Source: an uncultured delta proteobacterium (GTDB taxonomy: Bacteria > Desulfobacterota > Binatia > DP-6). Taken from it: 64,000 bases of DNA. Positions 1-9,433 of the stretch are shown here, in pieces. Numbering within the stretch: the stretch's first letter is position 1; each line of letters begins with the position of its first letter. The stretch lies in the NCBI GenBank assembly GCA_963815115.1, contig CAWFFN010000009.1, positions 1,216,001-1,280,000 of the forward strand. The letters are read 5' to 3'. The position numbers and the translations under genes are program-made. The notes beneath the pieces were generated by a model. That model worked only from the letters and a program-made list of their open reading frames with translations, ran no database searches and was not told the origin of the DNA.

Positions 1-325
1 CAGCGGCGGCGGTGGCACGGGCAGCGCCGGCACGCGCGACGGCGGGTCGCTCGGCGGCGGGGGGAGCGGCCTCGGCAGCCGGAGCTTCGCTGGTAACGGC
101 GATCGCGGCTTCGGCGGTGGCTGGGGCGGTGGCCACGGCTTCGGCGACACCGGCTTCGGCGGCGGGGGAGATCGAGGCTACGGCGGTGGGGGAGGGTTCG
201 GCGGTGACACGTTCCGCGGCATGGGCGGAGGCGGGTGGGGGGCCCGCGACGCCAGCTCGCGCGGCTTCGGCAGCTTCGGTGGTCGCGGCTTTGGCGGCGG
301 CGGCTTCCGCGGCGGCCGCCGCTGA
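1..325 (+). CDS. 3' end of a Gly-rich-tailed protein, probably DUF3300 family (partial)
   Basis: Frame 2 reads SGGGG...GFGGRGFGGGGFRGGRR-stop (TGA 323-325). DUF3300 genes with such tails typically precede DUF2950. Confidence 0.6.
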   Translation, partial: SGGGGTGSAGTRDGGSLGGGGSGLGSRSFAGNGDRGFGGGWGGGHGFGDTGFGGGGDRGYGGGGGFGGDTFRGMGGGGWGARDASSRGFGSFGGRGFGGGGFRGGRR

Positions 326-371
326 CCGGGTGGCTGCGATGGCGATGGCAGACTTCACAAGACGGACTCGC

Positions 372-1064
372 ATGCGGCTCTCGATCACGCCCGTGCTGCT
401 CCTTCTGCCCGGCTGCGCGCCGCGAACTCCGCCGCCTGCACCCAGACCCCCTGCGACCGAGCAACGGTTCGCGGACCCGAAGGCGGCGGTCGACGCGCTG
501 CTGGCCGCGTGTCGGACGGACGACGAGCCGGCGCTCCTCGCCATCTTCGGCGACGAAGCCCGGACCGTCGTGAGCACCGGCGATCCCGCGAGAGATCGCG
601 ACCGCTGCCGGTTGCTCGTCGGTGCGGCGAAGCAGATGACGCGGCTCGACCCGAAAGGACCGGACACGCTCGAGCTCGTCGTCGGCTCGGATGACTTTCC
701 GTTTCCCATCCCGCTCGTGAAGGACGAGCGCGGATGGAGGTTCGACACCGAGCAGGGAGCGCAGGAGGTTCTCCGGCGGCGGGTGGGTGCCGACGAGCTC
801 GAAGCCATCTCCGTCTGCCGCGCATACGGACGGACCCGGCAGCCGCCCCCGGCATCGTGGTGGGGCTACAACTTTCGCGCCGCACAGGGAAAGGACGCGC
901 TCGTCGCCTACCCCGTCGCGTACGGATCGACGGGCATCATGACGTTCGTCGCCGCCAGGGACGGGCGCGTGTACGAGAAGGACCTCGGCGACAAGACGAG
1001 CAAGATCGCGGGGGCGATGAAGGGCTACGAGCCCGACGCCGCGTGGAAGCTCGTCACCGACTGA
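372..1064 (+). CDS. DUF2950 family lipoprotein
   Basis: Lipobox-like LLLLPGC; motifs FPFPIPLVK, WRFDT..G.QE...RRVGADEL, AYPVAYGSTGIMTF, VYEKDLG. ATG 372 preferred over the ORF start at 12. Confidence 0.8.
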   Translation: MRLSITPVLLLLPGCAPRTPPPAPRPPATEQRFADPKAAVDALLAACRTDDEPALLAIFGDEARTVVSTGDPARDRDRCRLLVGAAKQMTRLDPKGPDTLELVVGSDDFPFPIPLVKDERGWRFDTEQGAQEVLRRRVGADELEAISVCRAYGRTRQPPPASWWGYNFRAAQGKDALVAYPVAYGSTGIMTFVAARDGRVYEKDLGDKTSKIAGAMKGYEPDAAWKLVTD

Positions 1065-1142
1065 CTGCGGACGTCCGGCGGAGGCGGCCCGGTACGGCGG
1101 TGAGCGTCGCCGGCGGCGGGAACGGACCCAGGGAGGCGACGG

Positions 1143-2564
1143 ATGAGAATGAGGAGCTTGCTGCTGGCCGCGAGCGTCGCGACGATGCTGGCCGTGCCCG
1201 CGGTGCGGCAGGCCTCGGCGCTGACCACGGACGAGGCCGTTGCCGCCGCCACCGACGCCTACGTTTACGGCTATTCGCTCATCACCACCGAGGTGACACG
1301 GGTGCAGATGAGCAACGTCCCCGCGGGCGAAGAGCTACGCGGGCCGATGAACACGTTCGTGAATGTCAGGCGCTATCCGCCGGCGGACTACCGCGGTGTC
1401 TCCGCGCCCAACGCCGACACGCTGTATTCCTTGGCGTGGCTCGACCTGGCCGAGCCTCAGGTGTTCAGCCACCCCGACATGGGGAAGCGGTTCTATCTCT
1501 TCGAGATGGTCGATCTCTGGATGAACGTCTTCGACTCGCCCGGCACCCGCACGACCGGCGAAAAGGCCGCCACCTACCTCATCACCGGACCGGGCTGGAA
1601 GGGCGAGGTGCCGGCCGGGATGAAACACCTCCCGGTCCCGACCCGGTACATGGTCATTCTGGGCCGCACGTACGCCGACGGCACGGAGAAGGACTACGCC
1701 GCGGTCAACGCGCTGCAGGCGCAGTACACGATCACGCCGCTCTCCGCCTGGAAGAAACCCTACACCTACAAGGCACCCCCGGTGAACCCGAATCCGGGCT
1801 TCAGCATGACCGACAAGCCGCAGGAGGCGATCCTGGCCATGGGGACGGGGCCGTACTTCGACATGATGGCCAAGCTGATGGCCGGCACCGCGCCGCCCGC
1901 GCCCGCGGATGCGCCGATGGTCGCGCGCATGGCCACGCTCGGCATCGTGCCGGGCCAGCCGTTCGACATGGGCAAGCTCGATCCCGCGGTGCAGGCGGCG
2001 CTGAAGGCCCTCCCCAAGACGGCGCTCGAGAAGATCGAGGCGAGCAAGACCAAGAGCATGGGCGCCCTCGTGGACGGGTGGGTCATCTCGAAGGGCCTCG
2101 GCGTCTACGGAACCGACTACATGAAGCGCGCCGTCGTCGCCGCGTTCGGCTGGCCCGCCAACCTCGAGAAGGACGCGGTGTATCCCTACACCGAGGTGGA
2201 CGGCGAGGGACAGAAGCTGACCGGCGCCAGCAAGTACACGCTCACCTTCCCCAAGGGACAGACGCCGCCGGTGAACGGATTCTGGTCGATCACGATGTAC
2301 GAGATCGATCAGGGCTGGTGGTTCGTCCCCAATCCGCTGAACAAGTTCACGGTGAGCCAGCGCGACGGCCTCAAGTCAAACGCGGACGGCTCGGTGACGC
2401 TCTACTTCCAGAACGAGTCCCCCGGCAAGGACAAGGAGGCCAACTGGCTGCCCGCGCCGAAGGGTCCGTTCATCCCGATGCTGCGCATGTACTGGCCGAA
2501 GGAGAACCCGCCCTCGATCCTCAATGGTACGTGGAAGGTGCCGCGGATCGTGAAGGCGAGCTGA
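1143..2564 (+). CDS. DUF1254/DUF1214 domain secreted protein
   Basis: Signal peptide; motifs AYVYGY, PNADTLYSLAWLDL, FWSITMY, NWLPAP, LRMYWP. Confidence 0.9.
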   Translation: MRMRSLLLAASVATMLAVPAVRQASALTTDEAVAAATDAYVYGYSLITTEVTRVQMSNVPAGEELRGPMNTFVNVRRYPPADYRGVSAPNADTLYSLAWLDLAEPQVFSHPDMGKRFYLFEMVDLWMNVFDSPGTRTTGEKAATYLITGPGWKGEVPAGMKHLPVPTRYMVILGRTYADGTEKDYAAVNALQAQYTITPLSAWKKPYTYKAPPVNPNPGFSMTDKPQEAILAMGTGPYFDMMAKLMAGTAPPAPADAPMVARMATLGIVPGQPFDMGKLDPAVQAALKALPKTALEKIEASKTKSMGALVDGWVISKGLGVYGTDYMKRAVVAAFGWPANLEKDAVYPYTEVDGEGQKLTGASKYTLTFPKGQTPPVNGFWSITMYEIDQGWWFVPNPLNKFTVSQRDGLKSNADGSVTLYFQNESPGKDKEANWLPAPKGPFIPMLRMYWPKENPPSILNGTWKVPRIVKAS

Positions 2565-2577
2565 GTTCCTCGCCGCG

Positions 2578-4296
2578 CTAGGGAAGGTCGACTCGCCACG
2601 CCTCGCCGGCACCGAGCTGGCGCGACTCGTCCCGTTCTCCGTTCGTCCGGACGCGTACGGCCAGCGGCTCGCGCGCGGTGTTCTCGATCACGGCGCTGCC
2701 GCTCGGCGTCGTACGCCGGAGAACGAGGACGTTGTCCCACGCCGGACCGAGCCGCGCGCCGGACAGCGTGACCAGGAGCGGGCCGACGCGCGTCGCCGTC
2801 CGCTCGACCGGGGCCAGGGCCGGGCGATTGCTCACCAGGTAGAGGAAGGGTGCGCCCCGGTCGCTGGCGCGGCCCAGCTCGTATAGGGGTGCCGACTCCG
2901 TGTCGAGCGCGCGCTGCAGCCGGCCGAGGTGTGGCGTGACCACGAAGGCTGCAGCGCTCCCGCGGAGCAAAGCCGCCGCGTCGTCGACCGTGACCGTGGG
3001 CCGCATCGTGTTGAGCGCGAGCTGCATCGCGAACGGACTTCCGGCCACGTAGGTCAATGGAAAGTCGTCTCCGAGATCGGTCTGTACGGTGCGCGCGAGC
3101 TGCTGGAGGGCGATCGTCCTGCGCACCTGTGACTGATCGTAGGCGTTGTGATGATACTCGAGCACCGCGTACCCGAGCATGACGGCGATCACCGCCGCCG
3201 TCACGACCGTGAGCGTGCGTGCCGAGAGGGCGGCGGCGAGGCGATCGAGCTCGCGGCCGGCCAGCATCGCCGCGGGAGGAACCACCGGAGCAATCAGCCG
3301 GGCATGGCTGTGTGGCGAGAGGCAGAAGAGCAGCCAGCCGCCCGAGAGCCAGCAGAGCAGGAACCGCTCGAAGCGTCGCTCCTCGTCGTCGGGGGCGGGC
3401 TTCACGACGATGCGGCACGAGGCGATGATCGTGAACAGGCTCCAGGGGGCGAAGTTCCACACCAGGTCGCCCAGCGCCTTCGAGAATCGACTGCCCACGC
3501 GATGCTGCACCATGTGGCCGACGAACTCGCCCCACACCATGTTCTGGACGAGATGGGGACCGACCTGGCGGTACGCGAGCAGGAACCATCCCACGGTGAG
3601 GACCAGGAAGAGCGCGATCCCGATCGCATGTGAGCCCTGGAGCGGCTTCGATCGGCCCGTCCGGCGTTCCCAGACGACGGCGCCGAGCCCGAAGGCCGCC
3701 AGCAGGACGCCGAGAGGGCCCTTGGTCAGCGTCGCCGCCGCCGCCGCGAGCCAGAACACCGTCCAGCCGCCACCGCGCATCCAGGCGCGGAACGCGGCGA
3801 GCGCGGCGACGGTCACGGTCAGCGAGAAGAGCCCGTCCCAGCGGGCGGTCGCGATCTGCCACGCGCCGACGTGGGAGAGGAGATAAGCGAGCCCGCCGAA
3901 GAGCCCGGCCCGGCGCCCGAAGAACCGGCCGGAGGCGACGGTGATGAGCCATGCGATCGCGACGGTGGCCACCGCCGTCGGCAGGTAGAGCGTGAAAAGC
4001 GTGACGCGGCCGCCCGGCCAGCTCGCCAGCGCCGCCAGCCACGTGAGCATCGGTGGTTTGTCCGTGTTGCCCAGCACGTCGTGCGGGCAGAGCCAGTTGC
4101 CGTGCTGGAGAGCGTCCAGCACGCAGGCGCCGACGCGATACTCGTTCTCGAGCAGGTTCGGGGCGCCGGTGAGGCGGATCGCGAACAGGACGGCGCCGAC
4201 CAGCGCCAGCAGGAGCAGGTCCGGCAGTCGCGAGGTCGTCACGCCCGGCAGCGAGTGCCGATCCGGCGACTCGTTGAGACGTGTCGACGGCATCAC
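2578..4296 (-). CDS. GT-C fold membrane glycosyltransferase (ArnT/PMT-like)
   Basis: Many TM segments; motifs ENEYRV, DKPPMLTWL, LTKGPLGVLL; soluble C-terminal domain. Confidence 0.85.
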   Translation of the reverse strand: MMPSTRLNESPDRHSLPGVTTSRLPDLLLLALVGAVLFAIRLTGAPNLLENEYRVGACVLDALQHGNWLCPHDVLGNTDKPPMLTWLAALASWPGGRVTLFTLYLPTAVATVAIAWLITVASGRFFGRRAGLFGGLAYLLSHVGAWQIATARWDGLFSLTVTVAALAAFRAWMRGGGWTVFWLAAAAATLTKGPLGVLLAAFGLGAVVWERRTGRSKPLQGSHAIGIALFLVLTVGWFLLAYRQVGPHLVQNMVWGEFVGHMVQHRVGSRFSKALGDLVWNFAPWSLFTIIASCRIVVKPAPDDEERRFERFLLCWLSGGWLLFCLSPHSHARLIAPVVPPAAMLAGRELDRLAAALSARTLTVVTAAVIAVMLGYAVLEYHHNAYDQSQVRRTIALQQLARTVQTDLGDDFPLTYVAGSPFAMQLALNTMRPTVTVDDAAALLRGSAAAFVVTPHLGRLQRALDTESAPLYELGRASDRGAPFLYLVSNRPALAPVERTATRVGPLLVTLSGARLGPAWDNVLVLRRTTPSGSAVIENTAREPLAVRVRTNGERDESRQLGAGEAWRVDLP

Positions 4297-4315
4297 GGGA
4301 GCGCCGTGCGATCGC

Positions 4316-6172
4316 CTACGGGTACACCAGCACGCGGCCCTTCCGCCGCAGATTGGTCAGCGACAGCTTACCCGCCGAGCAATGCCCCCCGATCACGACG
4401 CCGATCTGGATGTTCTTCAGGTCCTCCCCGGTCAGGTCGAAGCCGGGCGCGGTGATCTTGAAGCCAGCGCTGCCCGTGCGGCGCACCACCAGCGACACGC
4501 AGGCGAGCGGCGGACAGATGCTGCGCTTCTGATCGAAGAAACCGAAATGCGCCGGGAAGTTCTTGGTCCAGAACTGGGAATCGATGGTGCAGCAGGACGT
4601 CTCCCCGCCCGTCTGGATGCCGATGTGCACGTCGTCCTGGCGCGGGTCGACGTCGGACCATCCGGAATTGGCGAGCACGCCGCTGATGACCAGGCGCCCG
4701 GTCGTCGAGCTGCCCTTCCTCGGCGTGAACCTGATGGACGTCACGCTCAGGTCATTGCAGGGCAGCGTCGTCGTGGTCGGAGACGCCGAGGTGGACGTCG
4801 AGCTGGGCGAGGTGGTGGTCGAGGACGAGGTCGTGCTCGATGTCGAGGTCGTCGTGGTGGTGGTCGTGCTGGTGGTCGAAGTCGAAGTGGTAGACGTGGT
4901 GCTGGTGGTTGACGTTGAGCTCGACGACGTCGTCTCGGACGACGTCGAGGTCGACGACGTCGAGGTCGAGGTGGTCGAGGTGGACGTCGTGGTCGAGGTG
5001 GAGGTGGTCGACGTGGTCGTGCTCGTCGTCGACGTCGTTGTCGTCGAGGTAGACGTCGTCGAGGTGGTCGTCGTGGTGGTGGTCGTTGTCGAGGTGGTCG
5101 TCGTCGAGGTGGTGGTGGAGGTCGTCGAGGTGGTGGACGTGGAGGTGGTCTCGGTCGTCGTCGTCGTGGGGATCACGGGTCCGAGCTGGCCGCTCACGTT
5201 GCCGACGTTGATGGCGTCCGCCACGAACGTTCCCCCGAGGTCGGCGCTCATGAGGTTCATCTGCGCGTTCATCATGGGGGCGCAGATCTGGGCGACGACG
5301 GTGGTCTTCGGGGCGAGGCCCCTGGATCCGACCACCCCGAAGCTACACTGCCTGGACTCCTGCCGGGTGATACTCCCGACGGCAGCGGGCTCGCCGCGGA
5401 AGACGAAGCTCGTGTTCGACGACCCCGAGATGTTCACCCCGAGGCCGTTGACCAGCACCCGGAGATCGGTCGGCGTCCCCTCGGCGTTGACGAGGGCGTT
5501 GGGCTGCACGTTGAACCTGTCCGTGACCAGCAGCGTGCTCGGCGCCACCGCCACCACGATGCTGCCGTTGTTCACGTCGACGTTGCAGAAGACGTACTCG
5601 CCGCCCTCGAGCATCAGCGTGCCACCGTTGATGGTGAGGTTGCCGTAGGTTCCCTCCGCGAGCGTCCGGACCGTTCCGGCATCCACGGTCACGGCTTCCG
5701 ATGAGCACTTCGGGAACGGACTGGGCAGGTTGCACACGTCGCTGGTCTTCAAATCGGGCACCAGCGGGGGCTGCGGAGAGGGGATGGGCCGCGCGGGCGT
5801 GCACTGCCCGGAGCCGTTTCCGGAGTTCGCGAAGAGCGCTGCGCACATCGACGGCTGGGTCAGATTCACCGTGGAGCCCGCGACGACGCCCTCCTGCTGG
5901 TTCAGCTGGACGGTGTTGTTGCCCTGCAGCGTGCCTCCGCTCTTGTTCACGCCGATCGAGCCGGTGATGATCTGGATCGAGTTGCTGACGTCGATCTTGC
6001 TCAGACCGAGGAGGACGTAGGCGTCCACCGTGTTCGGTGGTCGATCGGGAGCGGTCTGCGCCACGGCACGGTCGAGTCCGCCGAGCCCGAGCACGAGCAG
6101 TGTCAGCATGGCCTGAAACGCCCGCACCGAGGCGCCGACTGTCTTCGGTCTCACCCAGCCGTACCTCCGCAC
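4316..6172 (-). CDS. Secreted surface protein: beta-rich N-domain, long Thr/Ser linker, basic C-terminal domain
   Basis: Signal peptide ending AVA-QT; long T/S tract; ends RRKGRVLVYP. Confidence 0.75.
   Translation of the reverse strand: MRRYGWVRPKTVGASVRAFQAMLTLLVLGLGGLDRAVAQTAPDRPPNTVDAYVLLGLSKIDVSNSIQIITGSIGVNKSGGTLQGNNTVQLNQQEGVVAGSTVNLTQPSMCAALFANSGNGSGQCTPARPIPSPQPPLVPDLKTSDVCNLPSPFPKCSSEAVTVDAGTVRTLAEGTYGNLTINGGTLMLEGGEYVFCNVDVNNGSIVVAVAPSTLLVTDRFNVQPNALVNAEGTPTDLRVLVNGLGVNISGSSNTSFVFRGEPAAVGSITRQESRQCSFGVVGSRGLAPKTTVVAQICAPMMNAQMNLMSADLGGTFVADAINVGNVSGQLGPVIPTTTTTETTSTSTTSTTSTTTSTTTTSTTTTTTTTTSTTSTSTTTTSTTSTTTSTTSTSTTTSTSTTSTSTSSTSTSSETTSSSSTSTTSTTSTTSTSTTSTTTTTTTSTSSTTSSSTTTSPSSTSTSASPTTTTLPCNDLSVTSIRFTPRKGSSTTGRLVISGVLANSGWSDVDPRQDDVHIGIQTGGETSCCTIDSQFWTKNFPAHFGFFDQKRSICPPLACVSLVVRRTGSAGFKITAPGFDLTGEDLKNIQIGVVIGGHCSAGKLSLTNLRRKGRVLVYP
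4768..5168 (-). repeat. Low-complexity coding repeat (poly-Thr/Ser linker)
   Basis: Runs of ACC/ACG/TCG codons on the minus strand. Confidence 0.8.
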
Positions 6173-6262
6173 GCCATCTCTCGTCCCCCGCGATGCGCGC
6201 GTATCACCGCGCGCTCGTATACGCGAGCATCGACCGGCAGCTCGCAGCGCCGGTCGCTCGGG

Positions 6263-7405
6263 TCAAATGGGCAGCCGGAAGGCTCCCGCGTCCGCGCTCT
6301 GCCCGACCCCCGCGCGTGCGATCAGCTGGTCCTCGATCGGGATGCAGCGCTTGAGCTCGGGCATGACCTCGCCCGCGAAGAGGCGCATGCTCGCCTCGAC
6401 CAGGTCGTACGGCATCGCGCCGTAGCTGAACACGGCATTGAAGGCCTCGGCACCGGTGCGCTTCTGGATGTCGAGGATCTTCTCGTAGCACTGCTCGGGC
6501 GTGCCGGTGACCTGGAGGTTGACGAAGAAGTCGGTCATGGCGTCCACGCCGCCCGGCTGGCTCACCATCTCCTGCATCTTTCCGTACGACTCGTAGCCGC
6601 GCATCTTCGTCAGGTGGTCGCCGATCAGCTCGTAGTGGCTGACCACCGACCTCCAGTACTCCCCGACGTAGCGATGGCCGTACTCGGCGGCGCGATCGGG
6701 ATTCTCGTCGCAGTACACCCAGGCCCCGACGATGGGTGGGGGCGCGTCGGTACCGTTCACGTCGCGATAGATGGTGCGGTAGGCGTTCAGCTCCTCGGCC
6801 ACCATGTCCCACGGCTTCTGTGGGATGATGAGCAGGCCGATCCCGAGACGCGCCATGATCTCCGAGGACTCGGGCGACACGGCAGCCGCAAAGGTGCGCC
6901 CGCGGAACGACTTGAAGGGGCGCGGGCGCAGCTCGCGCCGGGGCTGCTTGACGAACTTGCCGTCGAACTCGCAGTAGCCGTGCTCGAGGCCCTGCAGCAG
7001 CATCTGCGTCGCCTCGACGAAGATCGCGCGGCTGTCGCCCTGGTTCACGCGGAAGCCCTCGAACTCGACCCTCCCCAGCCCCCGCCCGATGCCGAGGATC
7101 AGCCGTCCGTTCGACACGTGGTCGAGCATGACGATCTCCTCGGCGACGCGCAGCGGGTCGTGCCAGGGCAGGACGACGACCATCGAGCCGAGCTGGATGT
7201 GCTGCGTCCGTCCCGCGAAGTAGGTGAGGTACTGCAGGACGTTCGGACACATGGTGTAGTCCGTGAAGTGGTGCTCGACGCCCCACAGCGACTCGAATCC
7301 GAGGGGCTCGGCGAAGTCGGCGAAGCGGAGCTCGTTGCGGTAGACGTTGCGGTCGGTCCGCCCTTCGCCCTGACCCTGGAAGATCACTCCCATTCCGACG
7401 TGCAT
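6263..7405 (-). CDS. LLM-class (luciferase-like) flavin-dependent oxidoreductase
   Basis: MHVGMGVIFQ start; AEPLGFESLWGVEHHFTDY; HDPLRVAEEIVMLDHVSNGRLILGIGRG. Confidence 0.92.
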   Translation of the reverse strand: MHVGMGVIFQGQGEGRTDRNVYRNELRFADFAEPLGFESLWGVEHHFTDYTMCPNVLQYLTYFAGRTQHIQLGSMVVVLPWHDPLRVAEEIVMLDHVSNGRLILGIGRGLGRVEFEGFRVNQGDSRAIFVEATQMLLQGLEHGYCEFDGKFVKQPRRELRPRPFKSFRGRTFAAAVSPESSEIMARLGIGLLIIPQKPWDMVAEELNAYRTIYRDVNGTDAPPPIVGAWVYCDENPDRAAEYGHRYVGEYWRSVVSHYELIGDHLTKMRGYESYGKMQEMVSQPGGVDAMTDFFVNLQVTGTPEQCYEKILDIQKRTGAEAFNAVFSYGAMPYDLVEASMRLFAGEVMPELKRCIPIEDQLIARAGVGQSADAGAFRLPI

Positions 7406-7495
7406 GGTGGGCTCCTCCGTGGTGAGGCTATCCAACGTGCCCGGCCTTTGCCAGCCGATCCCGCCACGTCTTGCTCGCTCGGCGGCTCGTGGCCT

Positions 7496-8653
7496 ATGAC
7501 GATCGTCATGTCCCTCGATTTGAGGAAGGCCGTCGCCGTCGTGGGCGTCGGCTGCACGCAGTTCGGCGAGCTCTACGAGCAGAGCGCGGAGGACCTCCTC
7601 TGCGACGCGGTCGCGGAGGCCCTCGCCGATGCCGGGTGCGAGCGCGAGCGCGTCGAGGCGGCCTGGGTGGGCACGGTGGCGTCGACCTTCGGCGGCGATG
7701 CCCTGGGCGATGCCCTCAAGCTCTTCGGCCGGCCCATCACCCGGGTGCAGAACTACTGCGCGTCGGGCATGGACGCCTTCCGCAACGCCTGCCTGGCCGT
7801 CGCCGCGGGCATGCACGACGTCGTCCTCGCCGTCGGCTTCGAGAAGATGCGGGACGGCAACCTGGGCCGGCCGAACCGCAGCCACCCCGTGCTCGACTTC
7901 GGCGAGCGCGCTCCGCACGTGTTCGCGCTCTCGGCCAACCGCTACTTCGCACAGTACGGGGCGTCGAAGAGGACGCTCGCGGCCGTGGCGGTGAAGAACC
8001 ACCAGAACGGCCTGCGCAGCCCGAAGGCGCATCTCAAGATGGCGGTCGACGAGGAGACCGTGCTGCGGGCGCCGATGATCTACAGCCCGCTCGGGCTGTT
8101 CGATTGCTGCCCGACGACCGACGGCGCCGCCGCGGCGGTGATCTGCCGGGCCGACCTGGCGAAGAAGTTCCGCGGGCAGCCCATCTGGCCGCGCGGCATC
8201 GGGCTCGCGGTGGTCTCGGGACAGCCGTACTACAAGCCGAGCTTCGGCTACGTCGGCTTCGAGGCGACCGTGCGCGCGGCCGAGGCGGCCTACGGACAGG
8301 CCGGCGTCACGCCGGAGGACGTCGACTTCGCCGAGGTCCACGACTGCTTCACCATCACGGAGATCCTGAACTACGAGGACCTCGGGTTCTGCGCCCGCGG
8401 CGAGGGAGGGCGCTTCGTCGAGGAGGGCCGCGCGTCGCTCGGTGGCGAGAAGCCGGTGAACGTCTCGGGCGGGCTCAAGGCATACGGGCATCCGGTGGGC
8501 GCGACCGGCGTGCGCATGATCTACGAGCTGGTGACCCAGCTGCGGGGCCAGGCCGGGGAGCGGCAGGTCCGCGACGCGACGATCGGGCTCGCGCACAACC
8601 TCGGCGGCCCCGGGGCCGTGTCCTGCGTCTCGATCCTGACCAACGACGCCTGA
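7496..8653 (+). CDS. Thiolase family protein (SCP2-thiolase-like)
   Basis: Motifs NYCASG, DGAAA, EVHDCFT, NVSGGLKAYGHPVGATG. Confidence 0.92.
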   Translation: MTIVMSLDLRKAVAVVGVGCTQFGELYEQSAEDLLCDAVAEALADAGCERERVEAAWVGTVASTFGGDALGDALKLFGRPITRVQNYCASGMDAFRNACLAVAAGMHDVVLAVGFEKMRDGNLGRPNRSHPVLDFGERAPHVFALSANRYFAQYGASKRTLAAVAVKNHQNGLRSPKAHLKMAVDEETVLRAPMIYSPLGLFDCCPTTDGAAAAVICRADLAKKFRGQPIWPRGIGLAVVSGQPYYKPSFGYVGFEATVRAAEAAYGQAGVTPEDVDFAEVHDCFTITEILNYEDLGFCARGEGGRFVEEGRASLGGEKPVNVSGGLKAYGHPVGATGVRMIYELVTQLRGQAGERQVRDATIGLAHNLGGPGAVSCVSILTNDA

Positions 8654-8780
8654 GCGAGTCGCCGCGGCTCCATCGTTCTCCCCGGCGCTTTCTCCCGAGC
8701 TTTCCAGCTGCGTTGACGTTCGCCGCGGCCCGGCATATGGGGGCCGAGCGCTCTCGCTCCGCAACCACAGGAGGCACGGC

Positions 8781-9224
8781 ATGGACACGATGCTGCCCGA
8801 GAACGTCACCGCAACCGCGCCCGCCGCGGCGCCGGCATCCGAATACGAGTTCAACGACGCCCAGAACAGGGTGTTCTCCGATCTGGGCGGTGCGATGGCA
8901 TTCGTTGCCGTCGCGCTGGTCGTGCTGGGCGCGTTCTCGATCCTCGTCGGGGGACTGGCGATCGCGGGCGGTGCCGGGAGCGACGGCGTCGCCAGCCTGG
9001 TTCAGGGTGTCGTCCTGCTGCTGATCGGCATCTGGACCCGTGGCGCCGCGGGGTCGGTGCGACAGATCGTTTCGAGCCGCGGCAGCGACGTCGCCAACCT
9101 GATGCACGCCATGGAGCACCTGGGCCGGGTGTACCGGCTGCAGCGCGTGCTCCTGCTCATCGCCATCGTCTTCCTCGTCCTCGGAATCGTGGCGGGCGCG
9201 CTCAGCCGGTTCGGCGGCCACTGA
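8781..9224 (+). CDS. Hypothetical membrane protein
   Basis: GGAGG RBS; YEFNDAQN motif followed by three hydrophobic helices. Confidence 0.7.
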   Translation: MDTMLPENVTATAPAAAPASEYEFNDAQNRVFSDLGGAMAFVAVALVVLGAFSILVGGLAIAGGAGSDGVASLVQGVVLLLIGIWTRGAAGSVRQIVSSRGSDVANLMHAMEHLGRVYRLQRVLLLIAIVFLVLGIVAGALSRFGGH

Positions 9225-9353
9225 TCGGCGGTCCCGCGCCGTCCCGCCTCGGGTCGCGGGGGTTTCGACGTGCAGCGGCGTTGCGCGGATCTCTCACCGC
9301 CATCGCCGGCGGGGGCGTCGCCGCTCGGCCGAGACCGTCCGGCGTGACGCCCC

Positions 9354-9394
9354 AAAAGACGCGAGGCCCCCGGGGCGCATGCCCCGGAGGCCTC
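9354..9394 (-). terminator. Probable intrinsic terminator
   Basis: GAGGCC.CCGGGGC stem-loop followed by TCTTTT on the minus strand, downstream of 9434-10201. Confidence 0.55.
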
Positions 9395-9433
9395 GGCTGT
9401 TGAGTCTGAGCGACCTGACTCGCTGGGCTACGA

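Noticed and set aside
734-2581. Many long overlapping ORFs rich in Arg/Ala/Gly (also 12513-15389, 35002-37941, 39133-41829, 47770-50064)
   Set aside because: Shadow frames of real genes in high-GC DNA; no protein motifs.
4563-5648. Val/Glu/Asp-rich ORF
   Set aside because: Antisense reading of the poly-Thr/Ser linker.
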